Assembly: GCA_025061835.1 (NCBI GenBank) | Contig: JANXAC010000002.1 | Location: 37,185-101,184, forward strand | Source: Spirochaetota bacterium | GTDB taxonomy: Bacteria > Spirochaetota > Brevinematia > DTOW01 | DNA: 64,000 bases | Reading direction: 5' to 3' | Shown here: piece by piece, positions 52,425 to 62,743 of the stretch | How the letters are laid out: each line of letters opens with the position of its first letter | How positions within the stretch are numbered: the first letter of the stretch is position 1 | The notes under the pieces: model-generated | The model's database searches: none | Told to the model about the DNA's origin: nothing | The model's input: only the letters and a program-made list of their open reading frames with translations | Translations under genes and position numbers: made by a program

Positions 52425-52913
52425 ATGCCTACACTTCTAGATAGAGAAAAAGTTAAGAATAAGATCAGGAGAGTTCTTAAGGATTTTGATGAAGATAGTG
52501 TTGAAGAGATGGTTGAACTTATATACGACGACATTTACTTAGGTTTTAAATCAGAAATAGACTCCAAAGCAGATAGAAGTGAAATAAAAGAGGAATTACA
52601 AGGAATAAGGTCTGATATAAAGGTCCTTTCAGAAACTGTGAAGATTGGGTTTGAAAACATAAATAAGAGATTTGAAGATAATAACAAAAGGTTTGAAGAC
52701 ATTAACAAAAGATTTGAAGATATTAACAAAAGGTTTGAAGATATCAACAAAAGGTTTGAAGATATCAACAGAAGGATAGGTTTCCTACAGTGGTTAATGG
52801 TATTCCTTTTTGGGATATTTTCAGGAATAGTGACATTCATAAGTTCAAGCATTATGAACCCAAAGTTTGATGAGATAATAAAACTGCTACAGGAAATCTC
52901 AAAGAAATTATAA
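52425..52913 (+). CDS. coiled-coil repeat protein with C-terminal transmembrane anchor
   Basis: Five tandem NKRFEDI heptads, then hydrophobic segment LQWLMVFLFGIFSGIVTFI; 162 aa. Confidence 0.6.
   Translation: MPTLLDREKVKNKIRRVLKDFDEDSVEEMVELIYDDIYLGFKSEIDSKADRSEIKEELQGIRSDIKVLSETVKIGFENINKRFEDNNKRFEDINKRFEDINKRFEDINKRFEDINRRIGFLQWLMVFLFGIFSGIVTFISSSIMNPKFDEIIKLLQEISKKL
52662..52775 (+). repeat. tandem direct repeat, 21-bp unit x5 (AACAAAAGGTTTGAAGATATY), in-frame within the CDS
   Basis: Read directly: units at 52662, 52683, 52704, 52725, 52746 with only synonymous or near-synonymous differences, plus a degenerate sixth unit. Confidence 0.85.
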
Positions 52914-53071
52914 TAGCACTGTGTCAAAGTAATAAATCCTAAAAAATTTACAAAAATACTTAATTGTGAATGTCAAGAGTAAAATTTAGATAATATAACT
53001 CCTTACCTACTTGACTAGAATCTTGGAATTTTATTATATTTATAACGGCTTTTATGTAATGGAGGTTAATT

Positions 53072-54016
53072 ATGCTCTCTCTTACCATGAGGATGGTATT
53101 CATCATAGGGGCACTATTCGGTATCCTATATCTCGTGATAGCACTGGTAGGTCAGCAAGGAGTGATGTTCAATCTAGCACTATCTGGAGTTATCTTGCTC
53201 ATACAATATCTCATAGCTCCAAAAATAGTTGAATGGAGTATGAGAGTAAGATACATTTCTGACAACGAGTATCCGGAAATACACAGAATGGTAGAAGAGA
53301 TGGCACAACAAGCAGGAATACCTAAACCAAAGATTGGAATATCTGATATGCCAATAGCAAACGCATTTGCGTTTGGAAGAAGTGTAAGAGATGGAAGAGT
53401 AGCACTTACCACCGAGATTATGAGAATTCTGAATAGAGATGAACTCAGAGCAGTGATAGGTCATGAGATTGCCCATATAAAGAATAGAGATATGCTTATA
53501 ACAACACTCGTCTCCGTAATACCTATGATACTATACAACCTTTCTATCTTCTTTATGTATTTTGGTGGAGGTAATAACAGAGAAGGGAATCCTGGTGCTT
53601 TGATTGGCATCCTGATGTTAATCTTATACTTTATCTCAAATCTCCTAGTCCTCGCAATCTCAAGGGTAAGAGAATACCTAGCGGACTACGGCTCCGTGAA
53701 GTTCGGTAATCCCCCAGAACACCTGGCAAGCGCTTTGTATAAGTTGGTTTATTCTTCTGCCGTAGCGGAAGAGGAAGAAAAAGCCCAAGTTGCAGGTCTC
53801 AAAGCATTCTTCTTGAATGACCCAAGCGTAGCAGAAGAAGAGATAAGAGAACTAGCACAGTTGGATACTAATAGAAACTTCCAAATTGATAGATCTGAAC
53901 TTGAGCAACTTAAGAGAGGTAAAATAAGAGTTTCGCTAGGAGAAAAAATGATGGAGTTATTTACAACACATCCTAACATGCTTAAGAGAATTAAGAAACT
54001 ATCTGAATATGTATAA
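53072..54016 (+). CDS. htpX: M48-family zinc metalloprotease HtpX
   Basis: HEIAHIKNRD (HExxH) zinc motif, flanking TM segments; GGAGG RBS 6 nt upstream of ATG. Confidence 0.85.
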   Translation: MLSLTMRMVFIIGALFGILYLVIALVGQQGVMFNLALSGVILLIQYLIAPKIVEWSMRVRYISDNEYPEIHRMVEEMAQQAGIPKPKIGISDMPIANAFAFGRSVRDGRVALTTEIMRILNRDELRAVIGHEIAHIKNRDMLITTLVSVIPMILYNLSIFFMYFGGGNNREGNPGALIGILMLILYFISNLLVLAISRVREYLADYGSVKFGNPPEHLASALYKLVYSSAVAEEEEKAQVAGLKAFFLNDPSVAEEEIRELAQLDTNRNFQIDRSELEQLKRGKIRVSLGEKMMELFTTHPNMLKRIKKLSEYV

Positions 54017-54714
54017 TGTATAATGATAGACAAGTTATTGCCATCGTCCTAGCAGGTGGCAAAGGACAACGGTTTGGTAAAGATATACCTAAACAATTAT
54101 ATGAACTAAACGGACATCCAATAATTTATTATTCATTAAAGGTTTTTAACTCAGATCACTTTATTGACGAAATAATCGTCGTTTCTAACAAAGAATACTT
54201 GGAAGCAACGAGAAATATATGTAATATTTTCCATAAAGTCAGTGATGTTGTTGTTGGTGGCGAGACAAGAAGTCTTTCATCAATGAACGGAGTTATGTCG
54301 GTTAGGAATCTAAACTCTTATGTGCTGATACACGATAGTGCTAGACCATTCGTAACAAACGAACTTATAAGACAATTGCTTTCAAATGTTGAAGAAACCG
54401 GTGCAGTCATACCTGTTTTAAGATCTGTTGATACACTCGTTGAAGTAAGAAGCGATAGATATGTCGCGAATACTCTTGATAGAAACTCAGTATTCAGAGT
54501 TCAAACCCCCCAGTGCTTCAAGTATGAGGTTATATTTGAGGCATATAGAAGGTATTTAGGCAAATTCGTTGATTTGCCTGATGACAGCTCTTTAGTCATT
54601 AAGGAAGGAATTTCAAGAGTAAAAACTATTGAAGGTGATGAAAGAAATATTAAAATCACCACTCAAGAAGACATTCTTATCAGCATAAACTTTTCAAGTT
54701 TCTATTCTTTTTGA
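54016..54714 (+). CDS. ispD: 2-C-methyl-D-erythritol 4-phosphate cytidylyltransferase
   Basis: VIAIVLAGGKGQRFG nucleotide-binding N-terminus, IHDSARPFV motif; TAATG overlap with htpX. Confidence 0.85.
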   Translation: MYNDRQVIAIVLAGGKGQRFGKDIPKQLYELNGHPIIYYSLKVFNSDHFIDEIIVVSNKEYLEATRNICNIFHKVSDVVVGGETRSLSSMNGVMSVRNLNSYVLIHDSARPFVTNELIRQLLSNVEETGAVIPVLRSVDTLVEVRSDRYVANTLDRNSVFRVQTPQCFKYEVIFEAYRRYLGKFVDLPDDSSLVIKEGISRVKTIEGDERNIKITTQEDILISINFSSFYSF

Positions 54715-54764
54715 AACACTAATTTTATCTCTTTGATAATACATAGTCTTATAAGGAGTTGAAT

Positions 54765-55784
54765 ATGTCTGAAAAGATAGTAGCAGTAGTTGGTGCAACT
54801 GGAGCAGTCGGACAAGAGATGATCAAAACATTAGAACAAAGGAACTTTCCTGTCAAAGAACTCTATCTTTTCGCATCCGAAAGAAGTAAGGGAAAGAAAC
54901 TTAAATTCAAAGGTGTTGATATTGAAGTCTTGGAACTCAAAGAAGACGTATTTAAGAAGTATAGGATTGAGATTGCATTATTTTCCGCTGGTGCTGATAC
55001 ATCAAAAAAGTTTTCTCCTATCGCAGCGAAAGACGGAACAATAGTTATTGATAATTCCAGTGCTTTTAGAATGGATGATAACGTTCCGTTAGTGATACCA
55101 GAGGTTAATCCCGAAGATGTGAAGTGGCACAAAGGCATAATAGCAAACCCAAACTGCTCTACAATCCAGATGCTTGTCGCTCTAAAACCTATCTATGACT
55201 ACTCAAGAATAAAGAGAATCATAGTATCAACATACCAAGCAGTTTCAGGAGCAGGAGGAATGGCAATTCAGGAACTAGAGGATGAAATCAAAACTTACTC
55301 AACATTAGGTAGAGATGGAATACTAAACTATAAACCTACCAAATTCCCTTATCCTATCTTTATGAATGTTATACCTAGGATTGATGTTGTGCTTGATAAC
55401 TTATACACAAAGGAAGAGATGAAGATAGTTAATGAGACGAGGAAAATGCTTCACGATAATGAAATAAAGATATCAGCAACTACCGTCAGAGTACCTGTTG
55501 TAAAAGGGCATAGCGAGGCTGTATGGATAGAAACTGAAAAAAAGGTAACATCGGAGAAAGCAAGAGAATTATTAAGTAATGCTAAAGGTGTTAAACTTAT
55601 GGATGACCCATTCAAGGATGTTTATCCTACTCCCATCTTCAACGGACATGACACAGACGATGTCTATGTTGGAAGGATAAGAGAGGATATTTCAACTGAA
55701 AACGGTCTTGTAATGTGGATAGTAGCAGATAACTTAAGAAAAGGAGCAGCACTCAACGCAGTCCAGATAGCAGAAATACTTTAA
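54765..55784 (+). CDS. asd: aspartate-semialdehyde dehydrogenase
   Basis: VAVVGATGAVGQEM Rossmann, active-site NCSTIQ; track start 54759 is TTG, ATG 54765 follows AAGGAG RBS. Confidence 0.9.
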   Translation: MSEKIVAVVGATGAVGQEMIKTLEQRNFPVKELYLFASERSKGKKLKFKGVDIEVLELKEDVFKKYRIEIALFSAGADTSKKFSPIAAKDGTIVIDNSSAFRMDDNVPLVIPEVNPEDVKWHKGIIANPNCSTIQMLVALKPIYDYSRIKRIIVSTYQAVSGAGGMAIQELEDEIKTYSTLGRDGILNYKPTKFPYPIFMNVIPRIDVVLDNLYTKEEMKIVNETRKMLHDNEIKISATTVRVPVVKGHSEAVWIETEKKVTSEKARELLSNAKGVKLMDDPFKDVYPTPIFNGHDTDDVYVGRIREDISTENGLVMWIVADNLRKGAALNAVQIAEIL

Positions 55785-55831
55785 AATTCTTTAATTTGAC
55801 ACAGTAGTATAGATTTTTTCAGATTTCACTT

Positions 55832-56701
55832 ATGCCAGAACTTACTTTCTTTTCAAAAGAACCTATAGAATGTCCTGTTTGTGGTTATACTTTTAAGCGA
55901 GAAGAACTAATGAGTGGTGGTGGTAGATTAAACGCAGGTAGGCTAACCGAAGAATTAAGAAGGTTATATATCCCAACCCAGAAGTGGGGAAAAGTAAACC
56001 CACTTATATATCCAGTTACAGTGTGTCCTAACTGTTTGTATGCGGCGTATAAGGATGACTTTGTCAATAAGTATCTCTCGCAAGAAGAGATAACAAGGTT
56101 AGAGAGTTATAGGAAAGTTAGAGGTGAGTATGCTATATCAATAATACGAACAGTTGATTTTGAGAGACAAAGAGACCTAAAGCATGGATTACTTAGTTAT
56201 ATACTCGCTATTAGTTCATACTCATTTCAATCAAAAAAACTCGCACCTTCATTCAAGAAGGCTGTATCTGCCTTAAGGGGGGCATGGTTAGCAGGAGATT
56301 TACTTGAGGAAGAGAAGAAACAAGAATACGCTAGATTACAGCTACTACTATACAAAAAGGCTCTTGAATTTTACACTACATTCATTGAAAAACAATCAAG
56401 ACGAGAAGAAACAATTGACGGTATAAAATTCTTTGGCCCAGATACTGACAAGGACTTTGGTTTTGACGGTATCATATACATTCAAGCAGTTTTGAAATAC
56501 AGACTTTTGTTTCTTGAAGAAGACCCTGAAAAGAAACTTAAAATACTCTCCGACTGCAAAAGAGATATAGCAAAATTCGTAGGTATAGGAAAGAAAAGCC
56601 CCGATAAACCTGCCGATGTTCTTGAGATGGGCAGGGATTTGTACGATAGAATGACAAAAGATGAAGAAGAATTACAGAAGCAACTAGGAATAAAAACATA
56701 G
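55832..56701 (+). CDS. zinc-ribbon hypothetical protein (DUF2225-like, tentative)
   Basis: N-terminal CPVCGY...CPNC double CxxC; helical remainder; 289 aa. Confidence 0.5.
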   Translation: MPELTFFSKEPIECPVCGYTFKREELMSGGGRLNAGRLTEELRRLYIPTQKWGKVNPLIYPVTVCPNCLYAAYKDDFVNKYLSQEEITRLESYRKVRGEYAISIIRTVDFERQRDLKHGLLSYILAISSYSFQSKKLAPSFKKAVSALRGAWLAGDLLEEEKKQEYARLQLLLYKKALEFYTTFIEKQSRREETIDGIKFFGPDTDKDFGFDGIIYIQAVLKYRLLFLEEDPEKKLKILSDCKRDIAKFVGIGKKSPDKPADVLEMGRDLYDRMTKDEEELQKQLGIKT

Positions 56702-56917
56702 AATCATTAAGTCTAGACTCTCTTCAACACCATACTTCATCTTTAACAACATTCAACTCACCTTTTTGTCTAATAACTTTCCTTATACATAGTTTTCAGT
56801 TAATACTACTGTTTTCTCCATCCTAACAACTACCTTCGTTTTGCACCAGTTTGATTTCACTTAACCCCCTACCCTACAAACTTGGATAACTTAATTTATT
56901 CGGATTCAAGCAAGGTT

Positions 56918-58999
56918 TTATTTTCTAGCAAGTTTCAGTTGATTTGACCTCACATCGTAGAAGAATATCATAGGTTTGCCGTTATAAACGATAATAGATG
57001 AGTAGCCTCCTGCTTTCATACTTGATACCACCTGTATATCCCATTTGCTTCCATCATAGTAAGCATACCTTATCTCCTTCTTTGACTCAACGAAGTATGA
57101 TATGTGAGGATTACCTTTCTCATCAACAAATATGGATGTAAACCTACCAGGGTCATCTTTTCTATCCACTACCTGTATGTTCCATTTACCTTTGGTTTTC
57201 ACTGCATATTTAAGTGCTTTGAGAGTTGAGTCGTAGTATGAGACATGTATATTGCCAAACTTATCAATTTTCATACTTGAGTAATACCCTACCTTACCAT
57301 CGGCATCAATTACCTCAAACCTCCAACCTGCTTCTGTTTCATCCACTCCCTTCCTACAATACTTGATATCACCGTTAGCGTTATCAAGATAGACTATATG
57401 CACAACATTGTTGAAAACAGAAATACTCGTATCACTACCGACATTCTCATAGCTATCAGGAACTGAAACTTCCCATCTATCCATCTTTATGTTGTATGTC
57501 AAATATCTCAAACTACCTAGTGTATAGTTGTAATATGATATGTGAGGAACACCTCTTTCATCAACTACTATGCTTGTGTATCTACCTGCCTTATCTTGAT
57601 TGTCCAGTGTGAAGATTTTCCACTCCCTACCCTCCTTTATCGCATACCTTAAGTCCTCATCATCCCATCGTTCGTTTATGTACGTGTAAGAGATATGTAT
57701 CCTGTTAAAATTGTCAACAAATATGGAAGGATACCTACCAGAATCTACATCCTTATCTACCACTTCTATAATCCATCTGTCGCTTTGATTTTTCCTAAAA
57801 GCATAAAACAGATTTTTAGAGTTGAAGTTATAGTACGCAAGATGTATGTTGTTATCACTATCCACGAATGATGAGAGGTTGAAACCTGAACCGGACGTTG
57901 AGTCTACAATCTCCTCAAACCAATTATCCAATAGTACAGAAAACTTAACTTTGGAAGTATTACCTAACTTATCCAAAGCGGTTATGAATATCTCGTAAGA
58001 ACCATTTTTGAACTTAGTTGAATCAAAAGTGAAAACTACTCTATCTTTTTCTCTCCTTGATTGTATCGTCTGATTACCTATAGAAACAGAGTAGTTTGAT
58101 AATCCAACATCCTCGTCACTAAACTTAGCGTAGAACTCAAAAATACCACGAACAATCGTCTTGTTTGTTAATCCTTCAACCACTATAGTAGGAGGAGTCT
58201 TATCTACTTTTATCCATCTAGAAGATTCGTAGAATTTACCTTTTATATCCTCAGCTCTAATGGATACTGAATAAAATCCTGTAGGTAAAGAAGTTATATC
58301 AATTTCCATACTACCTACAGGTTCCTTGTTAGATTCAGAGAATAAGTTCTGTCCAGTGAAATCGTTAATTTCAATGTAAGTCATCTTGAAATTTTGAATA
58401 GCAGTTGAAGCAAACTCTTTGTTAAATACCACCTTGTATTTCAAATTTATGTAGTCCTTGTAATAATCCAATCCTTCATCATCTATATTCAGCTCAACTG
58501 ATGATATGTATTCACTCTCACGAATCTCCTCAACTTGTGGTAGAACTATTTCAGGTTTCAATTCCGGTTTAACATCTTCATACCTTGGAATATTCCTAAC
58601 CTTCACAGGCTTAACCTTGTACTTTCTTTTTACTATCTCCTTCGGCTTGACTTCAGGAACGAATAGAAATACTATTTGATTGGTGTAAAGGTTGTTGTTT
58701 CTATCTCCTAAAACAACTACTAAATTGTTAGTTCTCTCTGACAACTCTACCCGAGTAGATAATTCTTCCTTCGGCTCTGATAAGAGTATAAGTCTTTCGT
58801 TTAGAAAAACCCTAACTTTTGTTGTATTTTGAATATTACCCTCAAGCCTCAAAAGAACCTCAAGATTTTTGTCTTTCACCAATTCCGCGTTTTTAGGATT
58901 TACGAATATCAAACCAACCTTTTCTTCTTGGTATTCACAACTACAACTTGCCAATGCTAGTAATGTCGTTAGAAGTAAAATACTTTTTAGAAACTTCAT
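56918..58999 (-). CDS. lipoprotein with tandem beta-propeller-like repeats
   Basis: Lipobox LALASC; C-terminal half has about 6 repeats of a ~45-aa module ending in [IV]H[IV]SY (IHISYTY, PHISYYNY, VHIVYLD, IHVSYYD, PHISYFV); 693 aa. Confidence 0.55.
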   Translation of the reverse strand: MKFLKSILLLTTLLALASCSCEYQEEKVGLIFVNPKNAELVKDKNLEVLLRLEGNIQNTTKVRVFLNERLILLSEPKEELSTRVELSERTNNLVVVLGDRNNNLYTNQIVFLFVPEVKPKEIVKRKYKVKPVKVRNIPRYEDVKPELKPEIVLPQVEEIRESEYISSVELNIDDEGLDYYKDYINLKYKVVFNKEFASTAIQNFKMTYIEINDFTGQNLFSESNKEPVGSMEIDITSLPTGFYSVSIRAEDIKGKFYESSRWIKVDKTPPTIVVEGLTNKTIVRGIFEFYAKFSDEDVGLSNYSVSIGNQTIQSRREKDRVVFTFDSTKFKNGSYEIFITALDKLGNTSKVKFSVLLDNWFEEIVDSTSGSGFNLSSFVDSDNNIHLAYYNFNSKNLFYAFRKNQSDRWIIEVVDKDVDSGRYPSIFVDNFNRIHISYTYINERWDDEDLRYAIKEGREWKIFTLDNQDKAGRYTSIVVDERGVPHISYYNYTLGSLRYLTYNIKMDRWEVSVPDSYENVGSDTSISVFNNVVHIVYLDNANGDIKYCRKGVDETEAGWRFEVIDADGKVGYYSSMKIDKFGNIHVSYYDSTLKALKYAVKTKGKWNIQVVDRKDDPGRFTSIFVDEKGNPHISYFVESKKEIRYAYYDGSKWDIQVVSSMKAGGYSSIIVYNGKPMIFFYDVRSNQLKLARK

Positions 59000-59154
59000 A
59001 CACCTCTTCCTAACACAAGGATATAGTAAATAAGTAATTTACTACTTTCAAGATTGAAGGACTGAAGTTTGTAGGAGAGTTTAGTGAAAATCATAGCTAA
59101 ATTTGAAAATTACACAAGTTTATTTGTAAAAATATTACTAGTATGGAGGGATTT

Positions 59155-60510
59155 ATGGTGAGATTCGCATTGATATTCACTATAATATCATTATTGCTTG
59201 TTACCAGTGTAAGTGTGAATGCATCAGAATCAAGGTTAGTCGGGATGAATTACTTTAATTATTACAACCCTCTAGGAACATCATCACTAATTGAGGATAA
59301 CTTCAACATTACTTACATTTCCGGTTATGTGAACTCTGACTCAAACTTCTTGGTAATAGAACCAAGACAGGGAAGTGTAGGTATATTTGATAACTCCTAT
59401 GGAGTTGTAAAGTATTCAATAAACACACCTATAGAGAAGCTTAACATAGGTGCTATAATTAACTACCCATACTACGAACTCGCACTATTAACAAACTTCG
59501 TAGTCTCATTAACAACTACTTTAAACGATCACTTGAGAAACAGAATTGAAGTTTTGTTAGGTGTTAGTCAGATATTGGGCATCAAACTATTAAGACCATA
59601 TTTAGGTTTTGGATATGCTAGTGATTATACAAACTTTAATATATCACTCTATCAGGGAGATACTTTAACAAACTCTGTTAATGCAAGACAATCTATATCT
59701 CAGATAAAGATAATATTAGGGAGTATAGTTGATCTTTCGTTTATTAAGGTTGACGCTAGTGTTAAGATTTATCTACCTTCTTACGAAAATTCCTATAGAA
59801 CGAATGTTCCTCAAGTGAATAACTACCAAAACTTTATAGAAGAGAAGTCAGGAGGAGCTTTCGGTTTAGATATAACTGCTCAACCAAGACTAGGACTCGG
59901 CGGAACATCATATCTTCTAGGTATTGCTAGATACTTTACCTATTCTCTACCTGCATCTCAAGTGATTAGAGTTGACATCAATGGCGATGGTAATCTTGAA
60001 GCAGATACGACTGTAAACCAAGATTACCAGAATGTTATCATAACAACGGGTGCTTCGTTTAACACTTACATAAATAACATACTTGTTTCTTTAGGTCTCT
60101 CTCTAGGTATTCAGAATTCATTTAGGAAAACTGCTTCAGGTAATCAAGAGTTTTCCACTTCTACATCATCAATGTATGTTCCGATATTCGCATCGTTTGA
60201 AATACCATTTGTAGATTGGTTTTTAATCAGAGGAGGATTATCAAAGTATATCTACCAGAATTATTACTCTGAAGTGAATAATAGGCAAATCAATGGGACC
60301 GTAATAGATAACAGTCTTTCAACACCTCTATCATCTCTGTCTTTGGGTTTCTCAATAAAACCAATCAAGGATTTATCACTGGACTGGGTCGTAAGTTATT
60401 CATTCCTGAACAGTGTTATAGTAAATGGAACTCTACCCTGGATATTGAGTGGTGCAACAGGTTTCAATAATGTTACATATCTGTTCAGTATTGAATATAG
60501 AATTCCGTAG
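59155..60510 (+). CDS. secreted hypothetical protein, possible outer-membrane beta-barrel
   Basis: Signal peptide (LLLVTSVSVNA); alternating hydrophobic beta-strand pattern, aromatic-rich C-terminus. Track start 59143 overlaps GGAGG; ATG 59155 is 5 nt downstream. Confidence 0.5.
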   Translation: MVRFALIFTIISLLLVTSVSVNASESRLVGMNYFNYYNPLGTSSLIEDNFNITYISGYVNSDSNFLVIEPRQGSVGIFDNSYGVVKYSINTPIEKLNIGAIINYPYYELALLTNFVVSLTTTLNDHLRNRIEVLLGVSQILGIKLLRPYLGFGYASDYTNFNISLYQGDTLTNSVNARQSISQIKIILGSIVDLSFIKVDASVKIYLPSYENSYRTNVPQVNNYQNFIEEKSGGAFGLDITAQPRLGLGGTSYLLGIARYFTYSLPASQVIRVDINGDGNLEADTTVNQDYQNVIITTGASFNTYINNILVSLGLSLGIQNSFRKTASGNQEFSTSTSSMYVPIFASFEIPFVDWFLIRGGLSKYIYQNYYSEVNNRQINGTVIDNSLSTPLSSLSLGFSIKPIKDLSLDWVVSYSFLNSVIVNGTLPWILSGATGFNNVTYLFSIEYRIP

Positions 60511-60593
60511 TATTTTGAAATTTTCTAACTGGTAAATACTACTAAATCATTTATAATTAACATAATAATCCTAATTCGTCTTAGGTGTGATGT

Positions 60594-62021
60594 ATGAAAA
60601 CTACAAATATTGAAATGGTAAATGAATACGAATGGATATACAAAAGAAGAGAAGGGATGAATACGAATGTTAGGTTTTTTTGTTCAAAGGAAATTCTTGA
60701 AGGTATGGATGATGCTGTTTTGACGCAGGCTATTAATGTTTCTTACCTACCTGGTATAGTTGGGGACGTGATTGTTCTTCCTGATGCACACTGGGGGTAT
60801 GGCTTTCCAATAGGGAGCGTGACTGCTTTTGATGAGAATGGTGTTTTTACAGTAGGAGGTGTGGGATTTGATATAAACTGTGGTGTTAGGACATTAAAAA
60901 CAGACTTACAATTAGGAAGAATTTCAAAAAAGGATCTAGAACTCCTTTCAAAGAAGCTATTTGAAACTATCCCAGCCGGTCTTGGCAAAGATGGGGATAT
61001 TAAACTCTCAAAGAAAGAACTTTTCAAAGTTTTAACAGAAGGCGTTAAATGGTGTCTTGATAATGGATATGCAGAAAGAGAAGACATTGAAAACATAGAA
61101 GAGAATGGAACTGTTGAATCTGCTATACCAGACTATATTAGTGAAGAAGCGATAGAAAGGGAGAAGGGACAGATTGGGACTCTAGGGTCTGGGAATCATT
61201 ATCTAGAGGTTCAGGTTGTTGATGAGATATACAATAGAAGTATAGCAGAAGTATTTGGACTTTTTGAAGGACAAATTGTGATAACGATACATACTGGCTC
61301 AAGAGGTTTCGGACATCAAGTAAATACAGACTTCATTAGGATATTTCTCAATGCAGTTGAAAAATACAAAATACCTATTAAAGAAAAGGAACTTGCCTGT
61401 GCTCCAATAAAATCAGATGAAGGTAGGAGATACCTAGGTGCAGTGAAATGTGCTATAAATTACGCATTTGCAAATAGACAAATTATTACATACTTGGTAA
61501 GAAAGGTATTTAAGAAGGTTTTTAGAAACACATCAGTGGAAATACTTTATGATGTTGGTCATAACAATGTCAAGGAGGAGTTACATAATATAGACGGTAA
61601 GAGGAAAAAAGTTTTCGTTCATAGAAAAGGAAGCACTAGAGGTTTTGGTCCTGGAACATTAGGTATTCCCGAGAAGTATTCAAAGACGGGACAACCTGTG
61701 ATAGTAGGTGGCTCAATGGGATCATTCTCGTACATTCTATCTGGAACAGATATTGCTATGGAGAAAACATTCGGTTCAACGATACATGGTGCAGGCAGGT
61801 CTCTGTCAAGAAACCAAGCAAAGAAAAATTTTCCTTACGAGAAGATTATAAAGCAACTTGAAAATAGAGGTATAACTGTTTTGTCATCATCAAAAGCCGG
61901 TATCTCTGAAGAAGCACCACAAGCATACAAGGATATAGACAAAGTTATAGAGTCTGTTTCTTCATCAAGAATATCAAATAAGGTAGCACGACTAAGACCA
62001 ATAATAACGATAAAAGGATGA
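60594..62021 (+). CDS. rtcB: RNA-splicing ligase RtcB
   Basis: Metal/GTP-site motifs GFDINCG, GSGNHYLEVQ, HTGSRGFGH, HNNV, TIHGAGR; 475 aa. Confidence 0.9.
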   Translation: MKTTNIEMVNEYEWIYKRREGMNTNVRFFCSKEILEGMDDAVLTQAINVSYLPGIVGDVIVLPDAHWGYGFPIGSVTAFDENGVFTVGGVGFDINCGVRTLKTDLQLGRISKKDLELLSKKLFETIPAGLGKDGDIKLSKKELFKVLTEGVKWCLDNGYAEREDIENIEENGTVESAIPDYISEEAIEREKGQIGTLGSGNHYLEVQVVDEIYNRSIAEVFGLFEGQIVITIHTGSRGFGHQVNTDFIRIFLNAVEKYKIPIKEKELACAPIKSDEGRRYLGAVKCAINYAFANRQIITYLVRKVFKKVFRNTSVEILYDVGHNNVKEELHNIDGKRKKVFVHRKGSTRGFGPGTLGIPEKYSKTGQPVIVGGSMGSFSYILSGTDIAMEKTFGSTIHGAGRSLSRNQAKKNFPYEKIIKQLENRGITVLSSSKAGISEEAPQAYKDIDKVIESVSSSRISNKVARLRPIITIKG

Positions 62022-62219
62022 AAATATAATTTACACTATCCAGCCACACACATACCTTAACATAGCATTTGTTTGCAGAAATAGATGATAACCAAAGATA
62101 GGTGACAAAAACTAGTTTTTCAAACTCAATAAGATTATAAGATCGACGATCCTAATTACTCTGACTGTTTAGAAAGAAAATTCAAAATCAAGGGTTAATT
62201 TATACCTTATCACTGATGG

Positions 62220-62561
62220 TTAAATTTTACCATCCTCTTTCCTAATCATAGCGGATGCGATAATCTCATCACTTATCTTCTTTGAAACATTTTCTATAGC
62301 TTTCTCACTCTTGTATTCACCAGACTCTATAAACCTCTTGCCTCTCTCAACCGCTGATTGTCTTATGTCTGGAGTGTTTCTTATGGTTGCTAGTGCTACA
62401 TCCTCAGCCTGTTTTCTTTGAAGTATCTGTTTTGCATCTTCTGATATACTAACCTCATCTCTTGAAACCTGGTTATTTTGATTGATATTTACCTTCCCAC
62501 CTTTGCTTACAGTATTATTTGGCTTTATTGGTTCAGGACCACCAACACCTCTTATAAACAT
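62220..62561 (-). CDS. flgM: anti-sigma-28 factor FlgM-like protein (tentative)
   Basis: VSISEDAKQILQ and DIRQSAVERGKRFIESGEYKSEKAIENVSKKISDEII resemble FlgM's central and C-terminal sigma-28-binding helices; AGAGGTG RBS; 113 aa. Confidence 0.5.
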   Translation of the reverse strand: MFIRGVGGPEPIKPNNTVSKGGKVNINQNNQVSRDEVSISEDAKQILQRKQAEDVALATIRNTPDIRQSAVERGKRFIESGEYKSEKAIENVSKKISDEIIASAMIRKEDGKI

Positions 62562-62743
62562 AAAAGCACCTCTTATTCAACTCTATTATCGGTTATATTA
62601 TGAATAATGTTAAGTTTTAATTCAACAAACAATTATTCCAAAGCAATCAAGTCTATCTCACAGGTTATCAAAGCTCCAGACTGTAAGATTTCTTGAAACT
62701 ATTTGATTGTTAATTATATTTTTATTGGACACTAGGTGAAGTT

